Positions 12,529-24,530 of a DNA stretch of 64,000 nucleotides are shown piece by piece. The notes beneath the pieces are model-generated. The model was not told the DNA's origin. It saw only the letters and a program-made list of their open reading frames with translations, and made no database searches. The position numbers and the translations under genes are program-made. The DNA is from Raillietiella orientalis (lineage: Eukaryota): assembly GCA_036172245.1 (NCBI GenBank), contig JAYWIR010000005.1, forward strand, positions 5,704,001-5,768,000, given 5' to 3'. Each line of letters starts with the position of its first letter. The first letter of the stretch is position 1.

Positions 12529-13269
12529 ACAATCCAAAAGCACTGATGGTAGAACCGACGAAAGACCATTTTTCATCTCAAACAGGAAAATAGATCTTTA
12601 AAATGCTCATGGTCAGTTTGAGAGAAATGGAAATGGGAAACATGAGGTGGATGACTGTATCGATTCAGGTTGGATGAACAGCTTTCATCTCAGAAAACGA
12701 TTTCAGAGATGCAATAGTCTCTAGGTAACTATTAATCTGATGTGATCCGGAAAGCCATACTTTCTGAAACCCCTCTGTGCTCAATTAGGGAAGTTTCCGT
12801 ATTTCTCCAGGTTCGCCAAAGTATAATTATGGAATGACCATCCTACAATGCCTCGACCATACGAGAAAGAAAGAGTTCTCTTCATTATTCAGGCACATCC
12901 TGTAGGGCATTCATGATGCTCCCTGTGAAGAATTCGTGGTTCAGTTGAATTCCTGGAAGATCACTGCTCTGTGCTACTATCACGTTTGAAATTCGTAGTG
13001 CTTTACAGACTAGGGCGCCCGCTTGGAGATGAATGCGGTGGCTTCAGATTGGAATCAATCGAGAAACCGAGGTGGTGTGTGCGACTTCTGGCGTATTTCA
13101 GATGGAGAAATACAACCGAAACACGTCAGGAGTACCGGTGCTTTCCTATCTACACTCGTTCTATTAATGAATCTTGGATTCGAAAGAACAAGAATTTCCG
13201 GAAAAAGTGTCCCGAAAGAGCTTTTGTATTCACTGGTCTCTTGGTGGACGAAGGGAGGCAGGCTCATGA

Positions 13270-14830
13270 ACACACCTTCCGGCGCCTGGGGCAGCGTCCG
13301 TTGAGCTCGAGCATCTCCTGCTGGAGCGCTGCTCCGCTGTTTTGTTTGCCAGGAATTAGACGCGGTGACATGAGGGTAACCATCTTTCTACTGGCAGCAA
13401 AACTATCGGTCTGCAGCCTCACTGACAGCCACGGATCCCCGTTTCAAACTCCCCATCTTCCTTCTTCTTTCGACTTCGATCAAACCGATTTCCGCTTGAA
13501 TAGGAAGAATTTTCTCTGAAGGGTCTTGCTGCTCGGTGCCTGAAGGGTTTGTACCGCCGTGCGGGTCTCAGGTATGAGAAGATGAAGATCCAGAAATTCG
13601 ATCTCGAGTGATTTCTTCCTGAGGGAGTCGATTTATAACGCTGGTGAAGACAGCTCACAGCAGGACGCATAAAGCTCTTTATAACTACATCCTTCGGAGG
13701 TCTCACGTTGCGAATGCAGTGAAAGTCGTTCTTGCAGGTGATTCATTTCGAATGGCAGCATGAAGAAGTGCTGCATCCCTCCTTTCGGAAAATCAACTAC
13801 CACGATTGCTACAGTCGCTGTGAGATCAAGGCTCCCGCTGCAACCGACCCCAATTAGCACCGGCTCCACCATCAGACCCCCTCCCTCCATGCAAAGAAAA
13901 ACGTCCCGATTCCGACTTTCGGAGTCTGCCGATTATCGGTTGTTCCGTCTGAGATTCCCAGAGAGGGAGCGGTCCATTCTGTTTCAGAGCAGCTGACACA
14001 GCGAGCTCCGCTCTCCGAGCTCCAGGTTCCTAAAAACTGGATTTGCATTTTAATGATGGTTCTGATGGATTCCTCTTGAACTGGAGCTTCAGAATCATTT
14101 CTGCTTGCCTTGTAAATTGCGTTACTCGGCCGCCGAGGGACGAGTTGAGCTCTGACGACAATTCCATCTCTGGGAAAAGCGGATTTCCATACTGGTGGCC
14201 TTTGGTCCCTCCATGGTTGCACTTCCCACCCGCTTTACCGGTTAACACAAATCAATTTCGCTTCTTGCTCGCTGCTGCGATTGGACGGGTCACAGAGCGC
14301 GCGCTCGGGGGACGGGGCATCTGATCTCAAGTGTCAACATGCATGAACGATGAAGATGCCTGAGAAGCTGCAAGGAAAGGAACGGGAACCGTAGGGAAGC
14401 GTCTCTGTGCTTCTGAGAAGCGGGTAGCGGCGGGCAGGTGAATGGTGGGCTGCGGAAACGGGTCGGAAATTTACAAAGGACGCACTTCCTCTGCTCGAGC
14501 AGCCGGATAAGCTACAGAGACTGAGGAAGGGGGGGTGCATCTGCACAGACGGCAGCGAGTAGGCTGCCGACAACACTGGCAGCGCGACTCGTAAAAGATT
14601 GCAATTTTCCAGTGAAGTCTTAAAGACCTCTCTGCTTTCCACACATATTTTCATGAATCTGCACCTCGGAAAATGGTTCCTTTTATCCACGGTATGGTTC
14701 GTTTTCTTGCAAAAGGGAATGATCGTGGATAAAAGGAACCACTCGCGATTCAAGAACTGAAGATTATGCAGCTGAGCAGTTAACTTCGCGGCATGGAGCA
14801 GTGATGCCGCTGTTGGGTTGGGTCCTCTAA
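13270..14830 (-). mobile_element. Decayed non-LTR (CR1/L2/Jockey-like) reverse transcriptase ORF, interrupted
   Basis: Ordered motifs on the minus strand: GPNP..LL.AAKL..L.FLNREW..IIPFCKK...DKRNHFP..KI.E..LENCNLL (14590-14825; cf. GPDG..W..IIPI.KK...D..NYRP..KI.E..LE.NNLL), VAIVVVDFPK (~13790-13820; cf. VFLDFxKAFD), IKSF, LPQE/FLDLHLLI (cf. PQGS.LGP.LF), LQTD..VERW, LELNG. Confidence 0.6.
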
Positions 14831-15050
14831 GAGTGAGGGCAACTGCTCGAAATCGCACTTCACGGGTTTTCTTTTGGTTCGCAAAGTGCTGAAGAACTGT
14901 TCGACTCTTTAAGCCTGGGGGGGAGGGGGGCTCATGAAGCTCAATAAACTCTATTCACGCCGCCCGAGGGTGTATGTGTGACTCTTCAAGCTAGAGGGCT
15001 TTGAACGCAGGAAGGCTCGGGAATGAGTTCGTTTCTCTTGAGCTTGGGAG

Positions 15051-15580
15051 AGGAACCATTTCCTTATTCTCTCCGCAGGCTCTCCTCCCCGGTAGGGGTC
15101 CGCTCCATTGTTTCTTCTACAAAAGATACCCGGAAAGGATCCGCTCCTGGGCTCCTGGAATTTCTTCTCAGGAAGGAACCTGCAAGGGAACCTCTCCTCG
15201 TTTACCTCCTCCTCCGAAGAGAACCCCGAAAGGACGCTTCCCAATTTCTCTGAAGGGTTCTCCCCGGAGGGAGCAGCGCTCTTCTTAGGCTCTTGAGAGG
15301 CAATCCTCCGAAGGGGATATCAAGCAGCTCCACGATACGCGATGCGGGTCCTCCAAGGAAGGAGGGAATGGCTCCTTGATGCCTGGAAGAACCCCGGAGG
15401 ATCCACTTCCAATCCCGGCCAGTCAATAGAGACATCCAGTCTCCGGATTCCCCCAGTGCCTCCGAAGTCTATCGGCCAGCAAGTATCATCCCTCGAGGCA
15501 GACTCGGAACCCACGACTCATCCTCCATGCTTGGAGTCGATCCTTCATGTAAGGATTCGAACCCACAACTCTTGGTATCA
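15051..15580 (+). repeat. Dispersed composite repeat family, copy 3
   Basis: Aligns with copy 1 (direct) and copy 2 (inverted). It retains the 40-bp subunits, and GGATTCGAACC at 15553-15563 is a B-box on the minus strand. Confidence 0.85.
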
Positions 15581-16382
15581 CTCGAGGAGCCGGCAGCCAC
15601 ACAGCCGCGAACGGGAGCTTCTACGGCAACCCTTATGTAGCGCATTTAGCGACTCTGCGTGTCTTATTATTCCACTTAGCAGTGCGTGCATGCTTCCACG
15701 TCACGTGCTGCTCTATAAATAACGATGGGTGTTTGGGGGTGTTTGCTGAGCTTCAATGAGCACGCAAGTGTAAAGTGTAAGTCTTCGTAGGACGTTCGCT
15801 TTTCCTGGAGTACGTAATTCTAGACACCATCTCCGAGTCTGCGACCCTCGCGACAACTACCCTTCTAGGATTCGCAATGGGATCGGGAAACCCAGAGAAA
15901 CAAGCGCTATTAATAACGTGCTCATTCCAAAGTACTGCAAGGCGCGGTCATAACGACGGTGCGTTACCGAATGTGACGACTATTCACTTACATGCGACCT
16001 GTTCGGTCCATTTGGATTTCTCTTAAGGCACCGAGCTCTTTGGAGATCAATCAGCCTTGATGGACCACTCTGCCTCTTCAGCGTGCTGCTCATTGACGCG
16101 AAAGTTTTCTTAAGCTCCAAGAACATCTCACAAAAGGGCAAACTATTTAGAAATTCTCTGATTGAAAAGCATTCATTCACGAAAGGATGCGACACCGATT
16201 CGAGATTTTTCTGGATGTTTCTGTTCCATCGGAGAGCAAAGAAAGGCTCGGGGAGCAACTCCTAGCGTGTTCATGAAGGATCCGAGTGGTGGCCTCCAGA
16301 GCAGAGAGAGAGACGAAAGTCCGGGCCAAAGAATACAAAACTTCTGTCGAAAGTAAATTATTCCACAAATAAAAATACTTAC

Positions 16383-16584
16383 TTGCTGTTCTCCGATCTC
16401 TCGCAGTGATCCCAGACGTGGAGCAGCCATCAGAACGTCCACGAATGCTTTTTTATCGTCTGAATGGTATTCGGCTGCTACAGGGAAGATGTTGGCTTCC
16501 ATCACAGTCCTCATTAGGCGAGACCTTCCTCCAATAACCACAGAGACCTTGGTGGCTATTTGCGTAAGTGAAGGCGTGCTTGAG
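16383..16584 (-). other. Candidate coding fragment: armadillo/importin-alpha-like exon or LINE RT remnant (unresolved)
   Basis: The open frame SSTPSLTQIATKVSVVIGGRSRLMRTVMEANIFPVAAEY...GEQQ is bounded by TTTTCATGTACAG and a consensus CAA|GTAAGT donor. VMEANIFPV..E recalls importin-alpha VIDANIFPVLIE. IFP...KK...D...I.E..V also fits the LINE RT N-terminus. Confidence 0.25.
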
Positions 16585-18160
16585 CTGTACATGAAAAGCC
16601 TTTTATCGATGGCAGTACTCAGAGCAGCATGAAATTAATAAGATTAACGGAACATATGACAAAGGTGCAATAATGACTGATGATTGCAATGACAGTGGTT
16701 GTTTTAGAGTTTGTGCTTCTCTTAGTTTGTCCTCTCAAAGCAGTCGAAGGGATAGAAGGGCAGGAAAGGGTGAAAGACATGTGAGACAATCCTCAGAGAA
16801 TAGGGAAAACATTCTTATGGAGGAGATGAGATGTTGCAGCTGGGATCTGAAGTGGCCAGTGAGACTTTATCGGGAGCAGGTTTCATGAAGGAACTGAGAA
16901 AAGAATCCAACTAAGAGTTTCCTCCCAAGTTCTCAAATGAGAAACGCGGGAGCTACTAATCGCTTTCATCTGTAGCTAAATGCTTGGTGGGGGAGACGTT
17001 GCGATCACTCTTCCTTTGAGCCATCCGCTGCGATCCCGAATCAGTCTTTCTGTTTCCTGAGCCCTCCTAGCATTTCCGTGAAACTGATTTGTTTCGAACT
17101 CTCTGTCCATCGAGTTCCTCCTCAAGAAGGCATCTGGAGTGCTGGGGATCCGTGGTACCGAGATTTCTGTTTACCACGCACGGACATTGATGTAAGAAAG
17201 ACAAGAACATACAAGCAAGTCGAAGGTCACGCGACTTTGACACGAGAGGCAATTTGAATTTCCTTTACTCAGTTTGCGTTCAGTGAATTGCATCCATTTT
17301 TCTGCCTCTTTACAAGACACTTTACACCTACCCAGAGCCCTCAATAAAGTCGATGCTTCTATTCTCAATACTTTGAGGCCAACTAATGGTTCCTTTGGCC
17401 CCACAAGTTTTAATAAAAAGCCCCCCTTTTATTTTTCACTTTCACGCTGAGGCTGGAAAAGATGGAAACAGAAAGGAAATCAACAAACTGAAAGTCACCA
17501 AAGCAGAAGGAATTCGAAGTGGAAAGCGAACTCTTCAGGTGTCAAAGAGGCCGTATCCGAAGAGAATAGTCCGAAATCCTAACGAGATCAGCAAGCTAAT
17601 TGACATATGGAATCGTTCTATTTGGATCGAGGCAGAGTATGTTCCCCGCTATCAACGGAAGCTGTTCTGCAGAGACGAGCCTTTTGTTCATCATTCTGAA
17701 TCGCTTCTAACCATGATCGTCAATCAAGCCTTTGCGGACATTTCGCCGTCTAATGGAATGATGCTCAACCAAATATGCACACATTCCACATCCGATGGGA
17801 TGGGGTTTCCAATTAAATTTCAGACTTCAGACACGAATTCAAATTTGGCCTTCGATCAGAATGCGAATTGCATTGAGTATTAAAATCCAAAGATTCAGAT
17901 GGCAATCCAGAATCAATTTCAGCTGCAGTCCCATATTTAATTAAATGGGAAAGTTATTGGTAACAAAGCTTGAATCTTTTCCTGCATATGGACTCCAAAT
18001 CATGCTGCCTGGTCTTCTGTGGAAAAAAATCGCCGTCTTGAGTGCACTTCATAATCCAGCATCCTCCTAGTGATCCAAACGAACTGCGAAAAGCTCAGTA
18101 TCCGAAATAGTTTTCTTGCTCTTGAGGGATGATTCCGTCCCTATCTCCAAAAAGCAAGAT

Positions 18161-18205
18161 CCTATAAGAAGCCCTATAAGAAAGTCCCTTCAAGTCCTAT
18201 AAGAA
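18161..18205. repeat. Three copies of CCTATAAGAA
   Basis: Exact 10-mers at 18161, 18173 and 18196. Confidence 0.75.
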
Positions 18206-18423
18206 GCTGCGTACAAAGAGCACCTTGATAGAATGAAATGACCAGTATAGTGAGGCTCCAGCGTGCTGCGCTCACTATGAGCTGAAACGGCGGGTGTAGT
18301 GCTCATAACATGAGCATAAAAATGAAATCATTATAATAAAATGACAGGTGCAGCAATGATGCGCTTGGTCGACTGTCACCAGAAACCCAAGAACTCTTCC
18401 CTGTTAGAACTGCATCTTTTCAC

Positions 18424-18476
18424 ATGCTTAAAATACCTTGCAACACATGCTGTGTGTTGCAAGGTATCTTAAGCAT
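18424..18476. repeat. 24-bp inverted repeat (1 mismatch), 5-nt loop
   Basis: ATGCTTAAAATACCTTGCAACACA - TGCTG - TGTGTTGCAAGGTATCTTAAGCAT. Confidence 0.92.
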
Positions 18477-19294
18477 TGATCACTTCAAGAAATGGGGACG
18501 ATGATGGCACTTCGCATGGTCAATGAGACAGTGGTAATTGCATTAAGGATACCTTAGAGCTTTTGCCTATCAGTGCTTTTAAAGAAATTCCAAGCAGTTG
18601 AACCATCCATCTCTGCGAATTCCTCACAGAACACCTGGGCAAGCCGGGACGCGAGCCACTTTGAATTTCCGAGTCCTGTGAGGCTTTGAAAGTTGCGAAT
18701 TTTCTTCGCCATACCGTTGTTCTGGAACTTCAGTTTGTTGCCTCTCCGGCAAGAGCGGATCGTTCCTGTGCCCGGCTGGTGTCACTAAAACGGCTGCAGG
18801 AGGAAGGGTGACCCTGAATTTCATCTGTGCATTTGCTTGTCTATTTTGGACCAACGATTGGATTGAGAGTGAATAGACTACTTCTTGCAATGCAAAACCT
18901 TTGCCTCTTAGGGAAAAAGTGCTACGAACACTCTACGGGAGACATTTGGGCAATGAGAGTTTGTCAAACGAGTGAACGGATGGATAAAATCCAGGGCCTG
19001 GGTGAAAGATGGTGAGTTCTGGAACAGTGGAGCAGTCCCTCATGAAAGTGGACCCCAGAGAAAACCGTGGCGAAGAAAGAGTATCGGCATTGGTTACGAC
19101 GGATTCCGAACAGAAACGGCCTGCACTTTTTCAGGAATTTTTTTTTCCCTGAGTAGCACACACAGGGAAACCCAGGAGAATGGCTTGCTGATCTGGACTG
19201 AAACTTCTTGAGTCAACCGCAGAAGTGAAGCCAGATTCTACCCGGTTTGAAAAGGGCAGCTGGCGCCCGGATCGGCCCTCAAGCTGGAGCAAAC

Positions 19295-19515
19295 GGAACA
19301 GGACACGTTCGCGGCTCCGGAAAGCCTACATTTGCGAAAAAAGGCTGAAGAGTCGAAATGGGGGTTAGCCTGATTTTACGGGAGCGTGGCAAGAGGGAAA
19401 GTCAGGGGAGGCTTGTGGCTAGCATTCCTTGCAGATGCTGACCGTCAGCAAGAAAGCACACATGTGGTTTGCAAGCAGAGATCACCGTCAGTGGCATGAA
19501 TATGTAAATCGAGGA
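19295..19515 (+). mobile_element. Decayed RTE-clade LINE 3' tail
   Basis: TGHVR (cf. WxGHVxR), FYGSVARGKVRGG (cf. FYGELxxGKRxxGG) and W.ASRDHRQWHEYVNRG (cf. WExxAxDRxxWRxxVxxG) occur in order across frames. Confidence 0.55.
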
Positions 19516-20269
19516 AGGAGATCTTGCAAACGTACATCCGCGTTTCGAGTGCTTCCCAAAATATTTTCGAGATGCTTCACCAAGGGTAAGCAAGGGAAGT
19601 CTCTGCGAGTAGCATCGGATGCGTAGAAAAGCTTAGAGGTGTCGATACCCGGGGAGAAGATGGCAGAGGGGAAATTTCGCGGTTCGGATTCGGTGTTGGT
19701 AAAGGCAGCCATCGGGGAAACAGCAAATGCCATCGGCTTCAAAAGTTGCCTTGCAATAAATTGTGAGTCACTCTAACGAACGGAATGCCAGGGAGCTGCC
19801 GAGTGCTCTACCAAAAAACAACAACAGCAGCAGCAACAACTGAAGGGAGCTCTTAGGATGAATCTCGACACGGAAAGCTCGAAAGGGAGCGGAGATTGAT
19901 GACTGAAATCACATTTTCTCAGCGAGGAAATACTTAGCTCTCTGATCCTGGTGAGCTGATGAACGTCCATGCATCTGCCGTCATATCCTTTCTTCCTTCA
20001 AGGAAAAGAGCAGCTGTGTTTGAGTTTGGCGTTGATCATGCGGCATAACGAGCGTTCTGCATTCTGCTTTGAAAGTGGGAGTCACGACCAGCTCTGATTT
20101 ACGTGTGCCAAGAACAAATACAGAATCTTGTACATGGATGCGGAATGTGTTTGTGTAGCATCTTACGATTCAGTGAAGTCCTTTCACCGCGTGCCCAGTG
20201 AAGTCCCCAGCCATGACGGGAAAAGTTATATTTTATGGAAATTATTTGGATAAATGGGAGAAAGAAGCA

Positions 20270-20715
20270 GAAACGATGCTTTATGGTGTTTCACCTCTGT
20301 TGGTGCGTTCCACTGAAGCATTCAAACGGAATCAATTGATGGCCATTCAATTTGAAATCCCAAAGGGACTCGATTCCAAAACGAGACTGCTATCTTCCGT
20401 TACTACACTGTGATAGGCGTTCTCGCATGTGCCTCCGATGATGACGTCACAGACTTCCGAAAATCTTTCCAAAGTAGAAAAAATGGAGATTCGCAAAATG
20501 CAATGCCCGCGAAGCACTTCGCAAAGATTCTCATAAGTCAGGAAGGAATCAGCTAATTTTCGCATTAGGTTTTTCTAGATTTAAGAGAAGGTACCAGATG
20601 GAAGGAAGCTGAAAACAGGCGTCGTTGGAAAGTCTAATGACTTTCGAGTTGGACACTTGGGTTTCGTTTGAATCTGCATTGGAAGAGAGACAGATGGAGG
20701 GAGTATGTGGATGGT
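20270..20715 (+). mobile_element. Decayed RTE-clade LINE 3' tail
   Basis: TMLYG, IRKMQ, QLIF, KRRY..SL.TFELDT..SFESAL and DRWREYVDG occur in order (cf. TLLYG...KRYKDxLKxSLxxFxIDTxxWExxAxDRxxWR). Confidence 0.45.
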
Positions 20716-23700
20716 ACGTGCTTTGGAGTAAATCTTACATTCTGAGTGGTTTCCATATGTACATCTGGGATGAAGCAAGAGGAGTAGAACAGCGCAGATA
20801 TTCGGCAATTACGCAGGAAGGCAAAAGTGGCTCTGCAGAAGTGTGACTTGCATTTCCAAATTACACCGACCGACTGACACAGAAGTTGACTCGAATTCTT
20901 TGCGCAGAAATTAAAGACAGAAGAGCTTGCGATCGAAGATCTGCTTGCTTAACTAGATTTCAAGAGCTTGAAAATCCTATTCCATTAGCTCACAGGGAAG
21001 ATTTGAGGCGACGCTCATCCTTCAGAAGGATGAGTGCCACCATTATCAGTTAGAATTCTTTGGAGCTCAGTTATTTTACCACTTTTTGCTCCTCGCATGT
21101 CTCAGTTCGTACTGTCGTACAATCGTAAGCTCCGTCCTTATCCTAACTTGCAAAGAATACGATTCATTGATGCTGCTCGCTAAAGTAATCTTTCTGTTAA
21201 AGACGCCATCAGAATTTCTCTCACATCCTGGTTTTCGAGAGCTTCGCCATCAGTTCATGGACCACCTCGGCCAGATCTGCCTCAAAAGACTTCTCGACTT
21301 GCCTCACACCTAGCTGTTCAGAACTGTTTTCGGAGGCGGAAGGTGTTTTCTGTGTTCCGGTTTATAATGACCGCGACAGTAGTGCAACAGAATGATAACG
21401 GCTGACAGAAATAATTAAATGGGTGATTCAGCACCGATTCATGGGACACGTCATCCAAGCTCTAAGATACATGGGCAATGTACAGTACGCTTTGCGGTTA
21501 GGGGTATAGGGCATTGGGACCTAAAGTTTTCTGTTAGCAAGATGGCAATCTGAAGAACCGACCAGTTTGTACATCTCTGAGAAACCAGTCATTCCATCTG
21601 CCTGCTTTCCTTCAACCCTCTGATGCTCATCAGCAGCATTTTTGATCAGCGTTCAGCGATGCGATGAGGGGAGGGCTGACTGTTGCTCCATTTGGTTTCA
21701 GAATCTTGCCTCTTGTACTCTCCTTCTACGGAAACACATGGAAACTGGAAGCAGGGTTTGTTCCTTCTGAAGTCTGTGACCCTCGCGCTCATTTCTGTGA
21801 CCAGCGAGGAAGTCCTTGGAGACTGACCATCATCCTGGACGGCAGCAAAAGAATGTGAGGGACCGTGGTTTACCTTCTCCTAGCGAAGGTGATGAAAAAG
21901 CATGCATTTTTCGCTGTTGGTTGTACGCACAACGGTCTTTTGCAACCCCAAAAGCAACAGCACGCTCTCACAAACACACTGCGATAGGCGAGCCAGGTGG
22001 GGTCGCAGTTTTCTCCTCGACTGGCAAAGGGTTTCCCTGAATCCCGTCCCGAATTTTCGCTCCTATCCGTTTGTGTGCTTGAGAACCTTTGCAGCCTGAC
22101 TTCGAGATTGCTTTCTTTGTTTTAGCAAGAACAGTACTTCTAGCTGGGGTCACGCAGCCTCGCCTTTCTTCTGAATCGTGGATCTGATTACTCCCGCACG
22201 TGACTTGAGCGAGATGGTTTTCCTGCAAATGGCTCCCTGGGTTTACTGAAAGAAGCCCAGCCACCAGCAGGAAGTGCGCACTCGAGTTTTCCTTGACGAA
22301 TGCTGACCGATCAATAAGATCCTCTTTTCTCACCACTTTCTATTGCTGACGGAGCATCTGGCTTGCTTTGTGTGAAGCAGAACAAAAATAAAGTGTGCCT
22401 GTGACTCAGCGACCACTGCCTTTCTCTTGGATCTGGAAGGTTCATTTGAACATCGCACAGCCGGTGTACATGTGCCAGTACGCTTTTCCACTGGTTCATA
22501 GCACGCACGGTTGTGTCCACAATGACCCAGGAATGTTTTAATGAAGTCACTCAGTAAAATCCAGGCTCCCGAATGCATCCCTGCACATGCTTTTCGTGGG
22601 TGTATCAGAGGGCACTGTTGTATGCTTGCCCGCGCATGTCCAGAGGTTTAGAAACCGAAAGAAATTAGAAAAAAAAAAAAAATAGTGTACATGGAATTTT
22701 CATATAAATGGTGCCACTTTCTGTGCTCCTTCTGCTGCTGGAAACTTTCTTATGGAAATACTCAAACATATGGGAAACTTTTCTTAAGGAAAAGCAATCG
22801 AAGATCAGAGCGTCCTGATCATAGCTCACCTTTTCACCCATCAAGCAAAAGAGGTAAAGGTTCTGACCTGAAGGGGTGCGCGTGAGTGCACCATCAAGAA
22901 TTTATGACGCCATTTTAATGTCCTCTCACCGTTAAGGGAATGGTCGACGCTTCTGGTTTCCTTTTGTTCCCGTGTGCTATTTCGTGTCCAAATGGATGCC
23001 TTTCTGCGCCTTGGCAAGCATTTCTGCGAGACCACCAAGCAATCATCCCAAATTTCTGCTTGTGGAAGAGCCGATGCTGAGCTTTCATTTCTTTTCCTAA
23101 TGCGATACTGTGATATGTGATCTGCCTGCTTTCGGGATTGGCGGTTTTCGGTTCTTGCTTTGTCTCGTCACAGAGACTTCTGGCGACAAATCCTTCCTTC
23201 GTAGGAAATCTCCACAGTCAGTTGCGATGAACCCAGCACGCTCTATGACACAGGTCGCGTTATTTTGATTACGGTCAGGAAGATAAGCGAGTCCGCGAGT
23301 GACCTTCAGAACGTAAAAATACCGGTTCCTCAAGAGGAACCGTGATTTCCTGCTTTGACCATTCACAGGAGATGCGATGCAAGTTTTGGCGACATTCCAT
23401 CCAACGTTCGTGTGCATCTGGAGTAGCAGCGATGAGACCCTTCCTCCCTCCCTCCCGCTGCACGACTTCACTTCGTGCCGATGCAGGCGTCCATTGGCCA
23501 CCAGCTAGCTGCTTCGTGTGGCGGCGGAAGTGACGCATCCGAAGTCCGTCGAGCTCCAAGAGCCTAAGCAGTATTCCAACCTCGGATCACTTCAGCGGCA
23601 TTCGAATCACTGATTTCGAGTTGGCGGCAGGTCACCGATCGGCTCTCACCGGTTCTCAGGTGCTATCGGGTGTTCCGAGAATCGGTTTTGCCGCTGACCG

Positions 23701-24129
23701 ACTCTAGACGCGCGCGGGGACAGCCAGGGTCCTTTGACACGTTCGGCCCGCTTTCGGCCATTCGGTGGAGCTCTGTCTTTCCAGCGAACCGAAAGCGCAT
23801 TCCGCGTCGATCCCTCCATTTATTAATGACAGGAACTAAGAATGCAGCGTGAATAAGACCAAGTCGTTGAGTTTGAAAAATTAAATTCTTGGGAGGCAGC
23901 TGGCTGCGGCTCAATCAGATCGCTGAATGGAAACAGATCTTGGGAACGTTCTTTAATTTTGAAATTCCTGCTAATGCACCAAATCGCCCACTTCCACTTT
24001 CAAGTGAAACGCTCAAAAGTAGCTTCGGTCCCCTAGGCATTGATCGCTTCCCAGGGAAACTGGAAGCTGCTGAGGGAGACGGCGGAAAATTCGAAGGCTC
24101 CAAATTCCTCTTGAAGGAGAGTCTATCTT

Positions 24130-24530
24130 CAGCCGCCACCAGCCGGCATTTGCGTAAGGCAGAAAGGAAAAGATATCGAAACGACTAATATGACCAAAGT
24201 TTGTTGACAAAGGTCCATGAAAGAACTGGCAGGAAAGGTGCCATATTCGTCTTCGAGAACGTCTTCAAATCAACTCCTTAACCCACGTTCGGCCTTTAAA
24301 TTATCAACTTCCATACTCGCTTAACAGGGAGGCGAGCATCAAACCCGGTCCATTGCAGCGCGAAATACATGCTTCGATGAAGAACAGATCAAATGCCACG
24401 TACTTGGTCGTAGTAGATCTTTGTGTTCATGGAAAGTCATCATGGATGTTGAGAACTGGTCATTAGTTTTTGAGTAATAGAGACTTTCCGGTGCTTATGG
24501 GATTCTGGAAGAACTTTTCTTGTAGGGGGG
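24130..24530 (-). mobile_element. Decayed LINE RT core fragment
   Basis: PLQEKF..ISTGKSLL (cf. QxGFxxxxSTxxALL), VAFDL, LLSEYG..KGRTWVKELI (cf. KLxxYGxxGxxxxWIxxFL), GPL and LPYAN (cf. YADD) occur in order. Confidence 0.4.

Noticed and set aside
16771..16781. TGAAAGACATG, matching the 5' end of miR-71
   Set aside because: The match stops after 11 nt and there is no hairpin.
21690..21704. IWFQN, resembling homeodomain helix 3
   Set aside because: The context is DCCSIWFQNLASC, with no RR.K.K after it and no helix 1/2 residues. A chance match.
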